Shown here: one piece after another, positions 44,606 to 59,322 of the stretch
How the letters are laid out: each line of letters opens with the position of its first letter
How positions within the stretch are numbered: position 1 is the first letter of the stretch
Assembly: GCA_951406725.2 (NCBI GenBank)
Contig: OX597819.1
Coordinates: 14,322,001-14,386,000, forward strand
Reading direction: 5' to 3'
DNA: 64,000 bases
Source: Octopus vulgaris
Taxonomy: Eukaryota
Made by a program: the position numbers and the translations under genes
Notes under the pieces: model-generated
Told to the model about the DNA's origin: nothing
What the model saw: the letters and a program-made list of their open reading frames with translations, nothing else
Databases searched by the model: none

Positions 44606-44839
44606 AAAGGCGGCGAGCTGGCAGAAACGTTAGCACGCCGGGCGAAATGCTTAGCGGTATTTCGTCTGCGTCACGTTCTGAGTTCAAATTCCGCCGAGGT
44701 CGACTTTGCCTTTCATCCTTTCGGGGTCGATAAATTTAGTACCAGTTACGCACTGGGGTCGATGTAATCGACTTAATACCTATGTCTGTCCTTGTATGTC
44801 CCCTCTGTGTTTAGCCCCTTGTGGGTAATAAAGAAATAT
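44606..44839 (+). mobile_element. Young full-length SINE A (tail 1) with 13-bp TSD, inside an old SINE A
   Basis: ATATATGTTCTGG at 44593-44605 and 44840-44852. The host's diverged head and core lie at about 44560-44990. Confidence 0.8.
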
Positions 44840-44985
44840 ATATATGTTCTGGCTCTGAGTTCTGAGTTCAAATCTTACCGAGCTGAACTAAGTTTTCATC
44901 CCACCGGACTCGATAAAATAAAGTACCAGTCTAATACTGGACACTCTCCTCTCTGAACTTTTGGCCTTGTTGCTAGTCGTATGAA

Positions 44986-45059
<74 letters not shown>

Positions 45060-45060
<1 letters not shown>

Positions 45061-45424
45061 GAGTGAGAGAGCAGTTCATGCCATCAAAGTGACACCGGGG
45101 TAAAATATACGAAGCCCAATATACCCATCATGACTACCCATCTGATAAGGGTACACCAGGCACATGCATCACAACCATATGTGCGCGACATGGTGATCTC
45201 ATATCAAGATAAACAGCACATGACCTTGCAGGTGGGGCCCAGTTAGAAATTTCTTCAGGTTGAGTAGCCCATCCCGCTCGAAAGGTCCCTGAATAAGGGT
45301 TGTTTAAGGATGTTGAAAGAACCACCCATGTTTCCAGAGGTGAATTATTCAAACCCCAAAGAATCCCTCTCAACACATGGCTACGATGCTCCCCCACTAC
45401 TTCTGCTCGTGATCAGAGATGCAC
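45060..45424 (-). mobile_element. Family D element, truncated at the inferred 5' end
   Basis: Keeps the CTCACTCA end, lacks about 190 bp of the other end, and has TAT arrays on both sides. Confidence 0.85.
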
Positions 45425-45524
<100 letters not shown>

Positions 45525-45942
45525 TATTGTTGCTATTATTATTATTCGTACGGCACTCCGTCACCTTAAAAGACAAAAGGCAGCATTGGATAATATGATC
45601 CTCGATACACTATGATAGAAAATTAAAACCAAACAAGAAGTCACGTTTGGACCACCTGTAGATGCCAGATCAGGAATGACCTGGAGCTAAAAATAACATT
45701 ACCAACATTTCTCCAAAACCTCGAAGTGGTCCGTTGACGTTACAGTAATAGCAGCGAAATAGCCTTCATCCCACATCATACTAGGAAGAAATAAGTAGAT
45801 ATTGCAATTTAGATGTAGAAAGCTTGAAAAGTAAAAAAGAGATGCGAGTGGCACGGTTGGAATATCTTTAATTGCATGGGTACAGGATGAAGGCCGACTT
45901 GTAGTTATGCAACAACATATAGATTTATACATGTGTGTATGG

Positions 45943-45973
<31 letters not shown>

Positions 45974-46150
45974 TGTATGTATGTATATATGTATGTATGT
46001 ATGTATGAATATGTGTGTATGTATGTATGAATATGTGTGTGTGTATGTATGCATATTTATCTATGCATGCTTACCTACCTACCTACATACATGCAGTCAT
46101 ACATATATACATACATATATATATATATATATATATGCGTGTGTGTGTGT

Positions 46151-46440
46151 AGGCGTGATGGCCCAGGAGTTAGGGCAGCGGACTTGCGGTCGTAGGATCG
46201 CAGTTTCGATTCCCAGATCGGGCGTTGTGAGTGTTTATTGAGCGAAAACACCTAAAGTTCCACGGGGCTCAGGCATTGAGGGTGGCGATCCCTGCTGTAC
46301 TCTTTCGCCACAACTTTCTCTCACTCTTTCTTCTTCTCGTTTAGCCAGCGAGATGGCATCATTTGAAGGCTAAAACAATGCGAAGCGCATTGTGACCAAG
46401 GATGCGTAGCAACATCTGATAGCCTGGTCGGTCACGGTAA
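46151..46440 (+). mobile_element. SINE C head with a third body/tail
   Basis: Family C head to CTCTCACTCTTTC, then unrelated sequence. Confidence 0.6.
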
Positions 46441-46464
46441 TACACACATATATTTATATATATA

Positions 46465-46668
46465 TTCTTTTACTTGTTTCAGTCATTTGACTGTGGCCAT
46501 GCTGGAGCACCATCTTTAGTCGAACAAGTCGACCGCAGGACTTATTCTTTGTAAGATCAGTACTTATTTTATCGTTTTCTTTTGCCGAACCGGTAATTTA
46601 CAGGAACGTAACTACACCAACATCGGTTGCCAAGCGATTTGGGGGGGGGGACAAACACACATACGCAA

Positions 46669-46762
<94 letters not shown>

Positions 46763-46925
46763 TACAGGCTTCTTTCAGTTTCTGTCTACCAAATCCACTC
46801 ACAAGGCTTTGATCGGCCCAAGGCTATAGTAGAAGACACTAGCCCTAGGTGCCACGCAGTGGGACTGAACCCGAAACCATGTGGTTTGGAAGCAAGCTTT
46901 TTACCACACAGCCACTCCTGCGCCT
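46465..46925 (-). mobile_element. SINE family B
   Basis: Full-length family match. Confidence 0.8.
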
Positions 46926-47357
46926 ATATACACACACATATATATATATGTATACACACACATAACTCGGAGTACTGAAATATGAGCTTTTCATTTATAA
47001 GGTATTAAGGATACCATACACTAATCTATTGAGTTTTGGAATTTATCGCTTCTTCGTGAATCAACAGATTTCATACACACACGCACCCCCCCCACCACAC
47101 ACACATTCTCATACGCACGTACAAACGCACACACAAACACACATATAAACAAACGAATGACTTATCTGGTATTACTAACATTGTTTCTGAGGAGTCTTTA
47201 TTGTGACATGTTAATTAACAACTATGTCACTGCTCGCTTGTTTATTTGGTTAGACTGATACGTTGAGAGTTGCTTAATATACTTAATCGTATAGATGATG
47301 TGCATACTGTACACTTGACTAACGAAACAAATTCTAGTTATATCAGATAACCAATTT

Positions 47358-47448
<91 letters not shown>

Positions 47449-47674
47449 TACATATACATATAGTTCCCAGTTTGAAATGACTCTCGATGTTCCATCAGGT
47501 TAATAAGTTTCTCCGGTTTGATATTGTAATGTCGCTGGATGTCTCTGTTACAGATCGAAGAATTAAATTCTTAGAAGGTGAAACTAAATATGTTTAAATC
47601 AGCAAGGAACCCAATCCCTGCTATCTACAAGTCTGGGTGTCTTTTCCCCAGACCTCAATCAGGTTTGTGATGTA

Positions 47675-48551
47675 CGAAATCTGATCAATAAGTATCCGGA
47701 CTGTTGTCATAGTAACGAAGCTAAAGCACGCAGATTGAAGCCGTTAGGCAAAGATTGACCTTGAACTCTGCTGTGCATGCGCACTAAATTTGAACGTTCT
47801 GCCTCACTTCCGCTGTTTACAACAATGCTTGGAAGGAAGGTGTGTAGTGTGTTGATTGATGCATTGACCATGACAGAGAAAGTTGTCGTGGCGATACCTG
47901 CACAGAAGCCTACGCAGTGTTGCAGAAAGGGTATGGAGAGGAGTGTATGAGCCGCACACAAGTGTACGAGTGGTTCACACGTTTCCAAGATGGCCGAAGA
48001 AATGTCGATAGGGACAAACAAGCAGAACTGAGAAAAACGTTACAGATTGTGTGCAGTTGTGAGGGGAAATCATCGAATCATCCTCCGTGAGTTATCAGAG
48101 GATGTGTCAGATTAGATACGGTTCAGTTCAGTCCATTATCACTGAAGATTTGGGTATGAGACGCATGCCTGCCAACTTTGTGCCTAAACTGCTTTCAGTT
48201 GACCAAAAAGACACTAGCGTTTCAGCTGCACAAAATCTCCTTCATTGTGTCAAGAACGATGAAAACTTCTGGAAACCTTTGCATAGGCCTCTGAGCAGAT
48301 ATCGCCAAGCTTCTGGCAAAATTTGATGCAGATTCTCTGCTCAACCTTCTCTGTTATAATCAATGCGATTATCACATGCTACACATGTTCCTTCCAAGCA
48401 TTGCTGTAAACAACGGAAGTGAGCTAGAATGTTAAAACTTAGTACGCATACGCAGCAGAGTTCAAGGTCAATCTGTGCCAAACCGCTTCACTCTGCGGAC
48501 TTTGGCTTCGTTACTAGAGCAACAATCCTGATATTTATTGATCAGACCACG
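47675..48551 (+). mobile_element. mariner deletion derivative with long (~185 bp) imperfect TIRs
   Basis: TA flanks. Remnants of the mariner HTH and linker: YGEECMSRTQVYEWFTRFQDGR and LGMRRMPANFVPKLL. No DD34D domain. Confidence 0.85.
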
Positions 48552-48631
48552 TATACACGTTGTAATAGTTTAAAAACATTTCTCTTCTTCCTGGATTCTG
48601 GGATTATCTATGACTTATGTTCTGTGTCATA

Positions 48632-49023
48632 TCTTTATATATAAAAGAGAGGTTGTGTGCTGTCTGTCTCCTACGATTTAGATTCCTAACTACTCCCACA
48701 TTTTGCGGTGCAGTTTAACCAAAACCGGGTATCTTATTGTCGTGATTCATATCGAGCCCTTCTGGGTATAAGTGCGCGTCTACGATGAGTCTACGATTTA
48801 AAAAAAATTTACCATCAATTTTTCCATTTTTAATGCATTTTTGGCATATATGAGGGAAGTAACTCTCTAAAAATTTATTATTAAATCTCAGAACGTAAAA
48901 AGCTACAGTAACACCCCCTTTGTGGTTAGCCATATTGAGATGGCTATTATACTTTACATCTCTAAAAATGCTTATATAGTTATTTCCCTTACAAACCCGA
49001 GCAACGCCGGGCGATACTGCTAG
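48632..49023 (+). mobile_element. Non-autonomous Helitron
   Basis: A|TCTTTATATATAAAA ... CCCGAGCAACGCCGGG hairpin ... CTAG|T. Confidence 0.8.
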
Positions 49024-50002
49024 TAATTTATAACAGTTTATGATTTTCTCCTCTTATTTCTTATAGATAACACATAGGTATCTAAATACGCTCTAACCCT
49101 CAAACTGTTTGAATAGAAGAGAAGACGATGAACATTCTACACAGGAGAAATTAGGTTACAAATGCTTTTGAGACAAGCATCTTCACCTTGAAATGATAAG
49201 TTTGAAGGGATTGACGGCTTCAGCCCAAGACAATACGGTAGGTTTATAAATGCATGTGTATGTACACATGCATCTATGAATGTTTGTGTATACGTCTATG
49301 TGCATATAAATGGATATACAGGGTCAGGCAAAATGATCTGACACATTTGTAGGTTAAATAAAATATTGTTTTTCGTTTCTTTTTCAGTTGCTGCCATGAA
49401 TATATATATACTACAGGCTTCTTTCAGTTTCTGTCTACCAAATCCACTCACAAGGCTTTGATCGGCCCAAGGCTATAGTAGAAGACACTAGCCCTAGGTG
49501 CCACGCAGTGGGCTGAACCCGAAACCATGTGGTTTGGAAGCAAGCTTTTTACCACACAGCCACTCCTGCGCCTATATACACACACATATATATATATGTA
49601 TACACACACATAACTCGGAGTACTGAAATATGAGCTTTTCATTTATAAGGTATTAAGGATACCATACACTAATCTATTGAGTTTTGGAATTTATCGCTTC
49701 TTCGTGAATCAACAGATTTCATACACACACGCACCACCCCCCACCACACACACATTCTCATACGCACGTACAAACGCACACACAAACACACATATAAACA
49801 AACGAATGACTTATCTGGTATTACTAACATTGTTTCTGAGGAGTCTTTATTGTGACATGTTAATTAACAACTATGTCACTGCTCGCTTGTTTATTTGGTT
49901 AGACTGATACGTTGAGAGTTGCTTAATATACTTAATCGTATAGATGATGTGCATACTGTACACTTGACTAACGAAACAAATTCTAGTTATATCAGATAAC
50001 CA

Positions 50003-50097
<95 letters not shown>

Positions 50098-50323
50098 TAC
50101 ATATACATATAGTTCCCAGTTTGAAATGACTCTCGATGTTCCATCAGGTTAATAAGTTTCTCCGGTTTGATATTGTAATGTCGCTGGATGTCTCTGTTAC
50201 AGATCGAAGAATTAAATTCTTAGAAGGTGAAACTAAATATGTTTAAATCAGCAAGGAACCCAATCCCTGCTATCTACAAGTCTGGGTGTCTTTTCCCCAG
50301 ACCTCAATCAGGTTTGTGATGTA

Positions 50324-51200
50324 CGAAATCTGATCAATAAGTATCCGGACTGTTGTCATAGTAACGAAGCTAAAGCACGCAGATTGAAGCCGTTAGGCAA
50401 AGATTGACCTTGAACTCTGCTGTGCATGCGCACTAAATTTGAACGTTCTGCCTCACTTCCGCTGTTTACAACAATGCTTGGAAGGAAGGTGTGTAGTGTG
50501 TTGATTGATGCATTGACCATGACAGAGAAAGTTGTCGTGGCGATACCTGCACAGAAGCCTACGCAGTGTTGCAGAAAGGGTATGGAGAGGAGTGTATGAG
50601 CCGCACACAAGTGTACGAGTGGTTCACACGTTTCCAAGATGGCCGAAGAAATGTCGATAGGGACAAACAAGCAGAACTGAGAAAAACGTTACAGATTGTG
50701 TGCAGTTGTGAGGGGAAATCATCGAATCATCCTCCGTGAGTTATCAGAGGATGTGTCAGATTAGATACGGTTCAGTTCAGTCCATTATCACTGAAGATTT
50801 GGGTATGAGACGCATGCCTGCCAACTTTGTGCCTAAACTGCTTTCAGTTGACCAAAAAGACACTAGCGTTTCAGCTGCACAAAATCTCCTTCATTGTGTC
50901 AAGAACGATGAAAACTTCTGGAAACCTTTGCATAGGCCTCTGAGCAGATATCGCCAAGCTTCTGGCAAAATTTGATGCAGATTCTCTGCTCAACCTTCTC
51001 TGTTATAATCAATGCGATTATCACATGCTACACATGTTCCTTCCAAGCATTGCTGTAAACAAGGGAAGTGAGCTAGAATGTTAAAACTTAGTACGCATAC
51101 GCAGCAGAGTTCAAGGTCAATCTGTGCCAAACCGCTTCACTCTGCGGACTTTGGCTTCGTTACTAGAGCAACAATCCTGATATTTATTGATCAGACCACG
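50324..51200 (+). mobile_element. mariner deletion derivative (duplicated copy)
   Basis: Copy of 47675-48551. Confidence 0.85.
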
Positions 51201-51280
51201 TATACACGTTGTAATAGTTTAAAAACATTTCTCTTCTTCCTGGATTCTGGGATTATCTATGACTTATGTTCTGTGTCATA

Positions 51281-51675
51281 TCTTTATATATAAAAGAGAG
51301 GTTGTGTGCTGTCTGTCTCCTACGATTTAGATTCCTAACTACTCCCACATTTTGCGGTGCAGTTTAACCAAAACCGGGTATCTTATTGTCGTGATTCATA
51401 TCGAGCCCTTCTGGGTATTAGTGCGCGTCTACGATGAGTCTACGATTTAAAAAAAATTTACCATCAATTTTTCCATTTTTAATGCATTTTTGGCATATAT
51501 GAGGGAAGTAACTCTCTAAAAATTTATTATTAAATCTCAGAACGTAAAAAGCTACAGTAACACCCCCCCCTTTGTGGTTAGCCATATTGAGATGGCTATT
51601 ATACTTTACATCTCTAAAAATGCTTATATAGTTATTTCCCTTACAAACCCGAGCAACGCCGGGCGATACTGCTAG
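51281..51675 (+). mobile_element. Non-autonomous Helitron (duplicated copy)
   Basis: Copy of 48632-49023. Confidence 0.8.
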
Positions 51676-51984
51676 TAATTTATAACAGTTTATGATTTTC
51701 TCCTCTTATTTCTTATAGATAACACATAGGTATCTAAATACGCTCTAACCCTCAAACTGTTTGAATAGAAGAGAAGACGATGAACATTCTACACAGGAGA
51801 AATTAGGTTACAAATGCTTTTGAGACAAGCATCTTCACCTTGAAATGATAAGTTTGAAGGGATTGACGGCTTCAGCCCAAGACAATACGGTAGGTTTATA
51901 AATGCATGTGTATGTGCGTTAGTGTGTATGTGCATGCATCTATGAATGTTTGTGTATACGTCTATGTGCATATAAATGGATATA

Positions 51985-52543
51985 CAGGGTCAGGCAAAAT
52001 GATCTGACACATTTGTAGGTTAAATAAAAGGCATTGTTTTTCGTTTCTTTTTCAGTTGCTGCCATGAATTGGACTGGTGAGCATCGCGCTTTTATTGTGG
52101 AAACGTTTATCAAAACAAACGATTCTGTCACTGCAACACAAAGAGCGTTCCGTTTGCACTTCAATCTTGGTAGACATGATCCCGTACAAGCTCGAAACAC
52201 GATCTTGTTATGGGTTTCCAACTTCAGAGCTACTGGATCTGCATTGAAACGAAAATCAACCGGCCGACCTCGCACCGCCAGAACTTAAAGATGCAATTCG
52301 TCCGTCAAGAAATTACTGCCATTCCACATGAAATGACCCGCCGAGTCATTGACAACTTTCGTGAACGCCTTCGACAGTGCATGGACAATAATGGATCCCA
52401 TTTGACTGATTTAATTTTTAAAACATAATGAAACAAAATGGCATTATATGTACTTTTCAAAAATAAAAACACTTTTTTGTTCCTTTACTTCATTTGCCTT
52501 TTATTTAACCTACAAATGTGTCAGATCATTTTGCCTGACCCTG
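51985..52543 (+). mobile_element. Tc1/mariner-superfamily internal-deletion derivative (DUF4817-type N-terminus)
   Basis: Perfect ~49-bp TIRs CAGGGTCAGGCAAAATGATCTGACACATTTGTAGG with TA flanks. MNWTGEHRAFIVETF...GRPRTART is fused to the C-terminal ...NFRERLRQCMDNNGSHL. Confidence 0.9.
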
Positions 52544-52734
52544 TATATATAAACACACACATATATGTAAACGCTTCGTGCTCGAGGGTAGTAAGTTGCA
52601 ACCAATCGGATGAAGACAAAGCAAATTTAAATCTGATAACGGTTGGTGATGGCATCAAGGATGACAAATAAAATAATAAATTTAAAACAATGCTAGCGGT
52701 TGAAAGAGGATTTCATTTCATTTCTCTCTTTCTC

Positions 52735-52772
52735 CCTCTCTCTCTCATTCCTTCTCTCTTTCTTTCTTTCCT

Positions 52773-52827
<55 letters not shown>

Positions 52828-53025
52828 ATCTTTCTTTCTTACTTTCTTTCTTTCTCTTTTTCTTTCTTTCTTTGTTTCTTACTTTCTTTCTTTCTTTCTT
52901 TCCTTCTTTCTTTCTTTCTTTCTTTCTTTCTTTCCTTCTTTCTTTTTTACTTTTTTTTTCTTTCTTTCTTTCTTTCTTTCTTTCTTACTTTCTTTCTTCC
53001 ATTCTTTCGTATTTTCTTTCCTTCC
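52735..53025. repeat. (TTTC)n polypyrimidine tract
   Basis: Directly visible. Confidence 0.95.
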
Positions 53026-53558
53026 TCGCTCTTGTCTGTCTGTTCCCCCACCTCCCACCTCTTTGTCCTTCTCTAATCATCTTCCTTAAAGAGATTAGTA
53101 TACAACCACCACCACCACCACCACCACCACCGCCACCACCACATAAATATCTCATACAATCACACGCACACGCAATCAAATACAAACATATTCACACACA
53201 CACACACACGGCCGCAATACGCGCGCGCACGCACACCTATCCACTCGTACGCAAGCGATAGAGATTAATCCGAGTGGTTTTATGCTGCTGTTGATAAGCT
53301 GGAAGTTTGAAGCGTCCTGCCAACCAACCGGTGCACTTGAAACCCGCCCTGTGTTATTGGCTGTGTTTGATTAAGTCTTCTTCAAGAGCAACACTTGTGG
53401 TCAAACATCATTATTAAGATAGCAATGGCTGCTTTATCTTATCTCCCCAAGTAGAGAGTAGCAAAGAATGAGGGGGGGAAGGGGAGGGGGAGATGGAGAT
53501 GGACTGTTCGTGATATACTCGTATACTCGTTTACACCTCTTTCTCTCTCACTCTGTAC

Positions 53559-53742
<184 letters not shown>

Positions 53743-53795
53743 GCATATATATATATGTATATATATATGTATATATATGTATATATATGTATATT

Positions 53796-53829
<34 letters not shown>

Positions 53830-53869
53830 CATATATGTATGTATCAAATGAAATAAAATGAAAAACACG

Positions 53870-53900
<31 letters not shown>

Positions 53901-53924
53901 CATATATACGTATGCCTGTAAGTA

Positions 53925-53973
<49 letters not shown>

Positions 53974-54073
53974 GCATACATACATAAATATATATATATA
54001 CATAAATAGATATATATGCATATATTCATACATACATATATATATATATATACATACATATATACATATATGA

Positions 54074-54156
<83 letters not shown>

Positions 54157-54316
54157 TACAATATATATATATATATACATATACATATTTATTTATTTAT
54201 GCGGGTGTGTGTATGTGTCGTAACAACGCGGTAGCTCTGTGAGATTTGCACCACACAGACACACACATACACACTAACAATTACACCTTTATACATATAT
54301 ACATATACGTGTGTGC

Positions 54317-54371
<55 letters not shown>

Positions 54372-54713
54372 TGTGTGTATGTGCGTATACACGCAGCCAC
54401 ACAGATATACGGCATAAGTTGTGTCTCAATTCCCTATACTACTTTGAAGAAATCATTCTGCATGCTTGAGTGTCTGCATACGTGTCTGTATGTGTTTGTG
54501 AATGAGTGTATAATACATGTGTGTGTGTGTTTATGTGTGTGTGTGTTTGTGTGTGTGTGGATGGATGGATAGATGGCAATGGAACTGTATAGCAAAATAA
54601 ATATACAATCCCATGAACTTCCATCACCTGCAAAATTCATGCTGCTTACGTAATGTGTATGCATCTACATGAGTATTTATGTATAAATGTATATTTATTT
54701 GTGTCTATGTATA

Positions 54714-54753
54714 TCTATTATATAAAATCCGTTCTGTATGTGTGTATGTGTGC

Positions 54754-54794
<41 letters not shown>

Positions 54795-55149
54795 TTCTAT
54801 GATCTCGGGCATCCTCCATCCGATTGCGCTCAAATTTGATAAGTAGATATTGACGGTATCAGGGCGTGTATATAAGTCTTGAAAAAAATTACAAAAGTCG
54901 ATTCCAGGTGAGAATGCGATCGATAAAGCCGTGGGAACGTGCATTTGTAAAAATCGTTTTTCTTGGAATAGAAAAAAAGTCTACCTTTATTTCCTCTTTT
55001 ACTGGTGTCTCAAATTGAGGTTAAATCAGTGTTTCTCAAAGGGGAGGCCTATGGGACGGTCGGACAAGTTGTTTTGAGAAAATTTGGTTTAAATGTTTGA
55101 CAACTCAGCACCGTCCACTGGACGGGTGGGGTGGGGGGCGTTTTGCTCG
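54714..55149 (+). mobile_element. Probable non-autonomous Helitron
   Basis: A|TCTATTATATAAAA start, internal (TG)n, hairpin CCGTCCA-C-TGGACGG, end CTCG|T. Confidence 0.55.
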
Positions 55150-55182
55150 TATATATATATATATAATTTATTTTATAGAAGG

Positions 55183-55233
55183 AGCTTCTACAGGACTAAA
55201 ACTGTTTCATTCAAATGAAATCACCAGGAAGCT
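55183..55233 (-). ncRNA. Type I hammerhead motif with full helix III (A6 to G variant)
   Basis: AGCTTC CTGGTGA T TTC-ATTT-GAA T GAAA CAG-TTTTAGTC-CTG TA GAAGCT. Confidence 0.65.
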
Positions 55234-55743
55234 TGCTGTCAAAATAAGTTTTGGCATTTATACATTTAGGCAGGTTTAATGGGGTGGTGGTGGGGAACAT
55301 TTTTTGGGTAAGCAGGGCACAAACTGTCTTTCTTAGGGGAGTGGTCAAAAGAATCAGTGATAAAGTAAATAAATGAATAAATAGAATAATTGAATAGAGT
55401 TTTAGGTAAACTCATATATATATATATATATGTTTATATTATAAATTTATTTTATTATATACATTTCTTAAAATTGAGACGGTGCAAGATTCTGGTGTCT
55501 CTCATTAGTTTTTCTCTTTTCATCATTTTCCTTGAAGAAGGAGTGTGCACGAGAGATTTTCTACTCCTCACAGCAAATTTACTGTAATCTTCTAGTCTGT
55601 TCTATTTCATACGTTTTCCCCGACTCAGAGCAACACCAGCCATTTTGGAGTTTCTTTGATCATATATATATATATGTCACGTGGACTGTTGGCAATTTTT
55701 TTCTTTCTGTTTTCCTTTTCTTCTGGACTTTCCTATGTCTTCC

Positions 55744-55778
55744 GTTTCCGATGAAGAGCTATGCTCGAAAAGTAAAAC
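55744..55778 (+). ncRNA. Degenerate minimal hammerhead, related to 20647-20682
   Basis: GTTT CCGATGA A GAGC-TAT-GCTC GAAA AG TA AAAC. Helix I covaries (CTTT/AAAG to GTTT/AAAC). Confidence 0.55.
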
Positions 55779-55885
55779 AACCACTCTTTCCTTCCTTGAA
55801 CGTCTTATTAACATTTTGCATATGTCACCTCCTCGTGTTGATGTTTTTCTTGTCTTTTTTCTCCGTTTTTTAATCAACTATATAT

Positions 55886-55942
<57 letters not shown>

Positions 55943-56284
55943 GAATAGTCTTTGTGCATTATAAGATGTTAAAATAAGCTTAAAGTAGTTAAACAGCAGA
56001 ATATAACATCTCCGCCCTGAAAAGTAAAACGTATGTAAACATATCTTGTTAATTAAAATGATTAACCTGACATGTGTCATAATTGGACACTCTTTAGAGG
56101 ATAAATACTTCTCACATTTTGGATACCGAAGAGTGATAACAATCGCTATTTAAATCAGGCACAAATTAGGATCAGCCTCTAATTGATTGACGAATTTGAT
56201 AGCATAAAATATTTTGTGCGCTAATGAAATCGCTTCCAAAATCTATGAATAACTTAATATACAGTGTGCGTGTTTATGTTTGCG

Positions 56285-56348
<64 letters not shown>

Positions 56349-57203
56349 TGTGTGTGTGTGTGTGTATAAATATATATATATCGTGGCTATTATGTTAAAC
56401 TGTCGTATGTCCAAATTTGGCCAAATGTGCTTTTTTCAATATTTTGGCTTGCAATAGCCGGTTCTTTCGGTCAAACTATCGTATCTCCAACTATTTCAGA
56501 TGCCACGATATCAAAAATTGTCAAAGTGTAGTACATTGGTATTACTATGTAATGGTGAAACTATTTTTTTCGTTTTTGTGAAAAAGCAACGTTTTGGACT
56601 TTTGTATAATAGCACTTTTGCATAATAGCACTTTTGCATAATTGCAACGATATATTTATATATATGATTCAGAATTATACAAACAAGAAAGAACAAGACA
56701 CACACATATATAAATGTACGTGTGTGTGTGCGTAGGGTTTATTTTCATCTGAAGCATCAACTGAAGTTTTATGTTACCGACTCCAAGCAATAACAGATTT
56801 GCAACAACAGATCTTTTATTCATAAACGAAATAACGGTTGAATACGATAGGCACATTAACGTATGTTTTTGTCTGAAGCGTTTAGCACTATTGTATGCAA
56901 CTATCCTAATTTTTACGGATAAAGATGACACATGTCAGTAAACGATTTATGGCCACATATTTCAAATGGAACAGCATAAAACAAACTATTTATTATAGAA
57001 TTTTTTTTTTCTGGAATACAAAGATAGCAACTATCATTACCCTGATTATAACTTTAGCGTATTCTGATAATGTTAAATTGAATTTCAGCTGAACAACAAA
57101 TTTTGTTACAGAACAGAAATAACTAATATCAGTTGTAAAAATGTCTGCCATTTATTCATATCGAATTTTTCGCATTGGTGACAGCGGTTTTAACCGATCG
57201 ATT

Positions 57204-57620
57204 ACTCTCTTTACTCTTTAACTTGTTTCAGTGATTTGACTGCGGCCATGCTGGAGCACCGCCTTTAGTCGAGCAAATCGACCCCGGGACTTATTCTTTG
57301 TAAGCCCAGTACTTATTCTATCAGTCTCTTTTGCCGAACCGCTAAGTGACGGGGACATAAACACACCGGCATCGGTTGTCAAGCAATGCTAGAGGGACAA
57401 ACACAGACACACAAACATATACACACATAAACATATATATATATATATACATATATACGACAGGCTTCTTTCAGTTTCCGTCTACCAAATCCACTCACAA
57501 GGCATTGGTCGGCCCGAGGCTATAGTAGAAGACACTTGCCCAAGATGCCACGCAGTGGGACTAAACCCGGAACCATGTGGTTGGTTAGCAAGCTACTTAC
57601 CACACAGCCACTCCTGCGCC
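57204..57620 (-). mobile_element. SINE family B
   Basis: Full-length family match. Confidence 0.85.
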
Positions 57621-57742
57621 TTTCGAAATTCATAGCCAAGTATACAAAAGTATATCCAGTTAATATAGACACATACATAAATTCATATGTATAAACACAG
57701 ATACGTGCATACATACATATATACTTCGTGCGGACTTTTAAG

Positions 57743-58127
57743 CTAGCTCCTGCGGAGGGATAGTTGGGCCTGTGGCCCAAAACGAAGGAGGGCAATAATA
57801 AAAAAAGAATATTTATTTGTACCGTACCAATATGATATTACCCTACCAAAATGGTACGACTTTAAATTCAGCTTAAATGGAAAACTTGTAAGTTCACAAA
57901 TTTTTGAAGTTCTTTTAAAATTTGAATTCTCAACTGTTAGCTCATAACAAATCCTCATCCAGATCTGATTCCAATGCTGGGTGTTCAAGAACCAAATGAA
58001 GGGCAGGTTTTCAATCCCTGGATCGTCCTGATTCCCAAAAGGTATAATATGCCTATATAGAGCAAATGTTGACTGAGATACAGGGGTCCCAGACGGACAG
58101 ACAGAATTTCGCTTTTATTATTATAGA
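57743..58127 (-). mobile_element. Probable non-autonomous Helitron
   Basis: Minus strand: TCTATAATAATAAAA start, TTGGGCC-ACA-GGCCCAA hairpin, CTAG end. The flanks are not the canonical A|T. Confidence 0.55.
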
Positions 58128-58151
58128 CATACATACATACATACATACATA

Positions 58152-58615
<464 letters not shown>

Positions 58616-59178
58616 ACATACATACATACATACATACATATATACATACACACACACACATACATACAGAAAACGAGAAAAAGAGAAAGAGGGGGGAGAG
58701 AGAGAGAGAGGGAGAAAGAGAGAGAGGGAGAGAGATAATGAGAGGTATTTAAGACGAATGAGGAGGAGTGCAAAAGTGAGACATCAGAGGGGAAGATATG
58801 GTTTTTATGTGTATTGATGTGTATGAGAGTGCAAGTACGTATAATTATGAATGCGCATATATATATGTGCTTCGCATTGGTGTGTGTGTGTGCTTGTGTT
58901 TTTGTGTGTGTGTGTGCTTGCGTGTGTGTGTCTCTGTGTGCGTTTGTGAGCGTGTTTGTGGTGTGTGTGTGTCTGTGTGCGTTGCGTACGTCCGTGTATG
59001 AGGGGTGTGTGTGTGTGTGTGTGAGTGTGTGTGTTTGTGCGTGTGTGTGCTTGTGCTTTTGTGTGTGTGTGCTTGCGTGTGTGTGTCTCTGTGTGCGTTT
59101 GTGAGTGTGTTTGCGGTGTGTGTCTGTGTCTGTGTGCGTTTGCGTACGTCCGTGTATGTGGGGTGTGTGTGTGTGAGT

Positions 59179-59209
<31 letters not shown>

Positions 59210-59279
59210 AGTGAGTGTGTTTGTGTGTGTGTGTGTGTGTGCGCATTTGTGTGTGTGTGTGTGTGTGTATGTGTGCATT

Positions 59280-59322
<43 letters not shown>

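Larger units (their letters stand above)
46752..52068 (+). repeat. Near-identical tandem duplication of ~2.65 kb (junction ~49400)
   Basis: Identical ORFs at 47707/50356, 48087/50736 and 48429/51078 (offset 2649). Confidence 0.95.
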
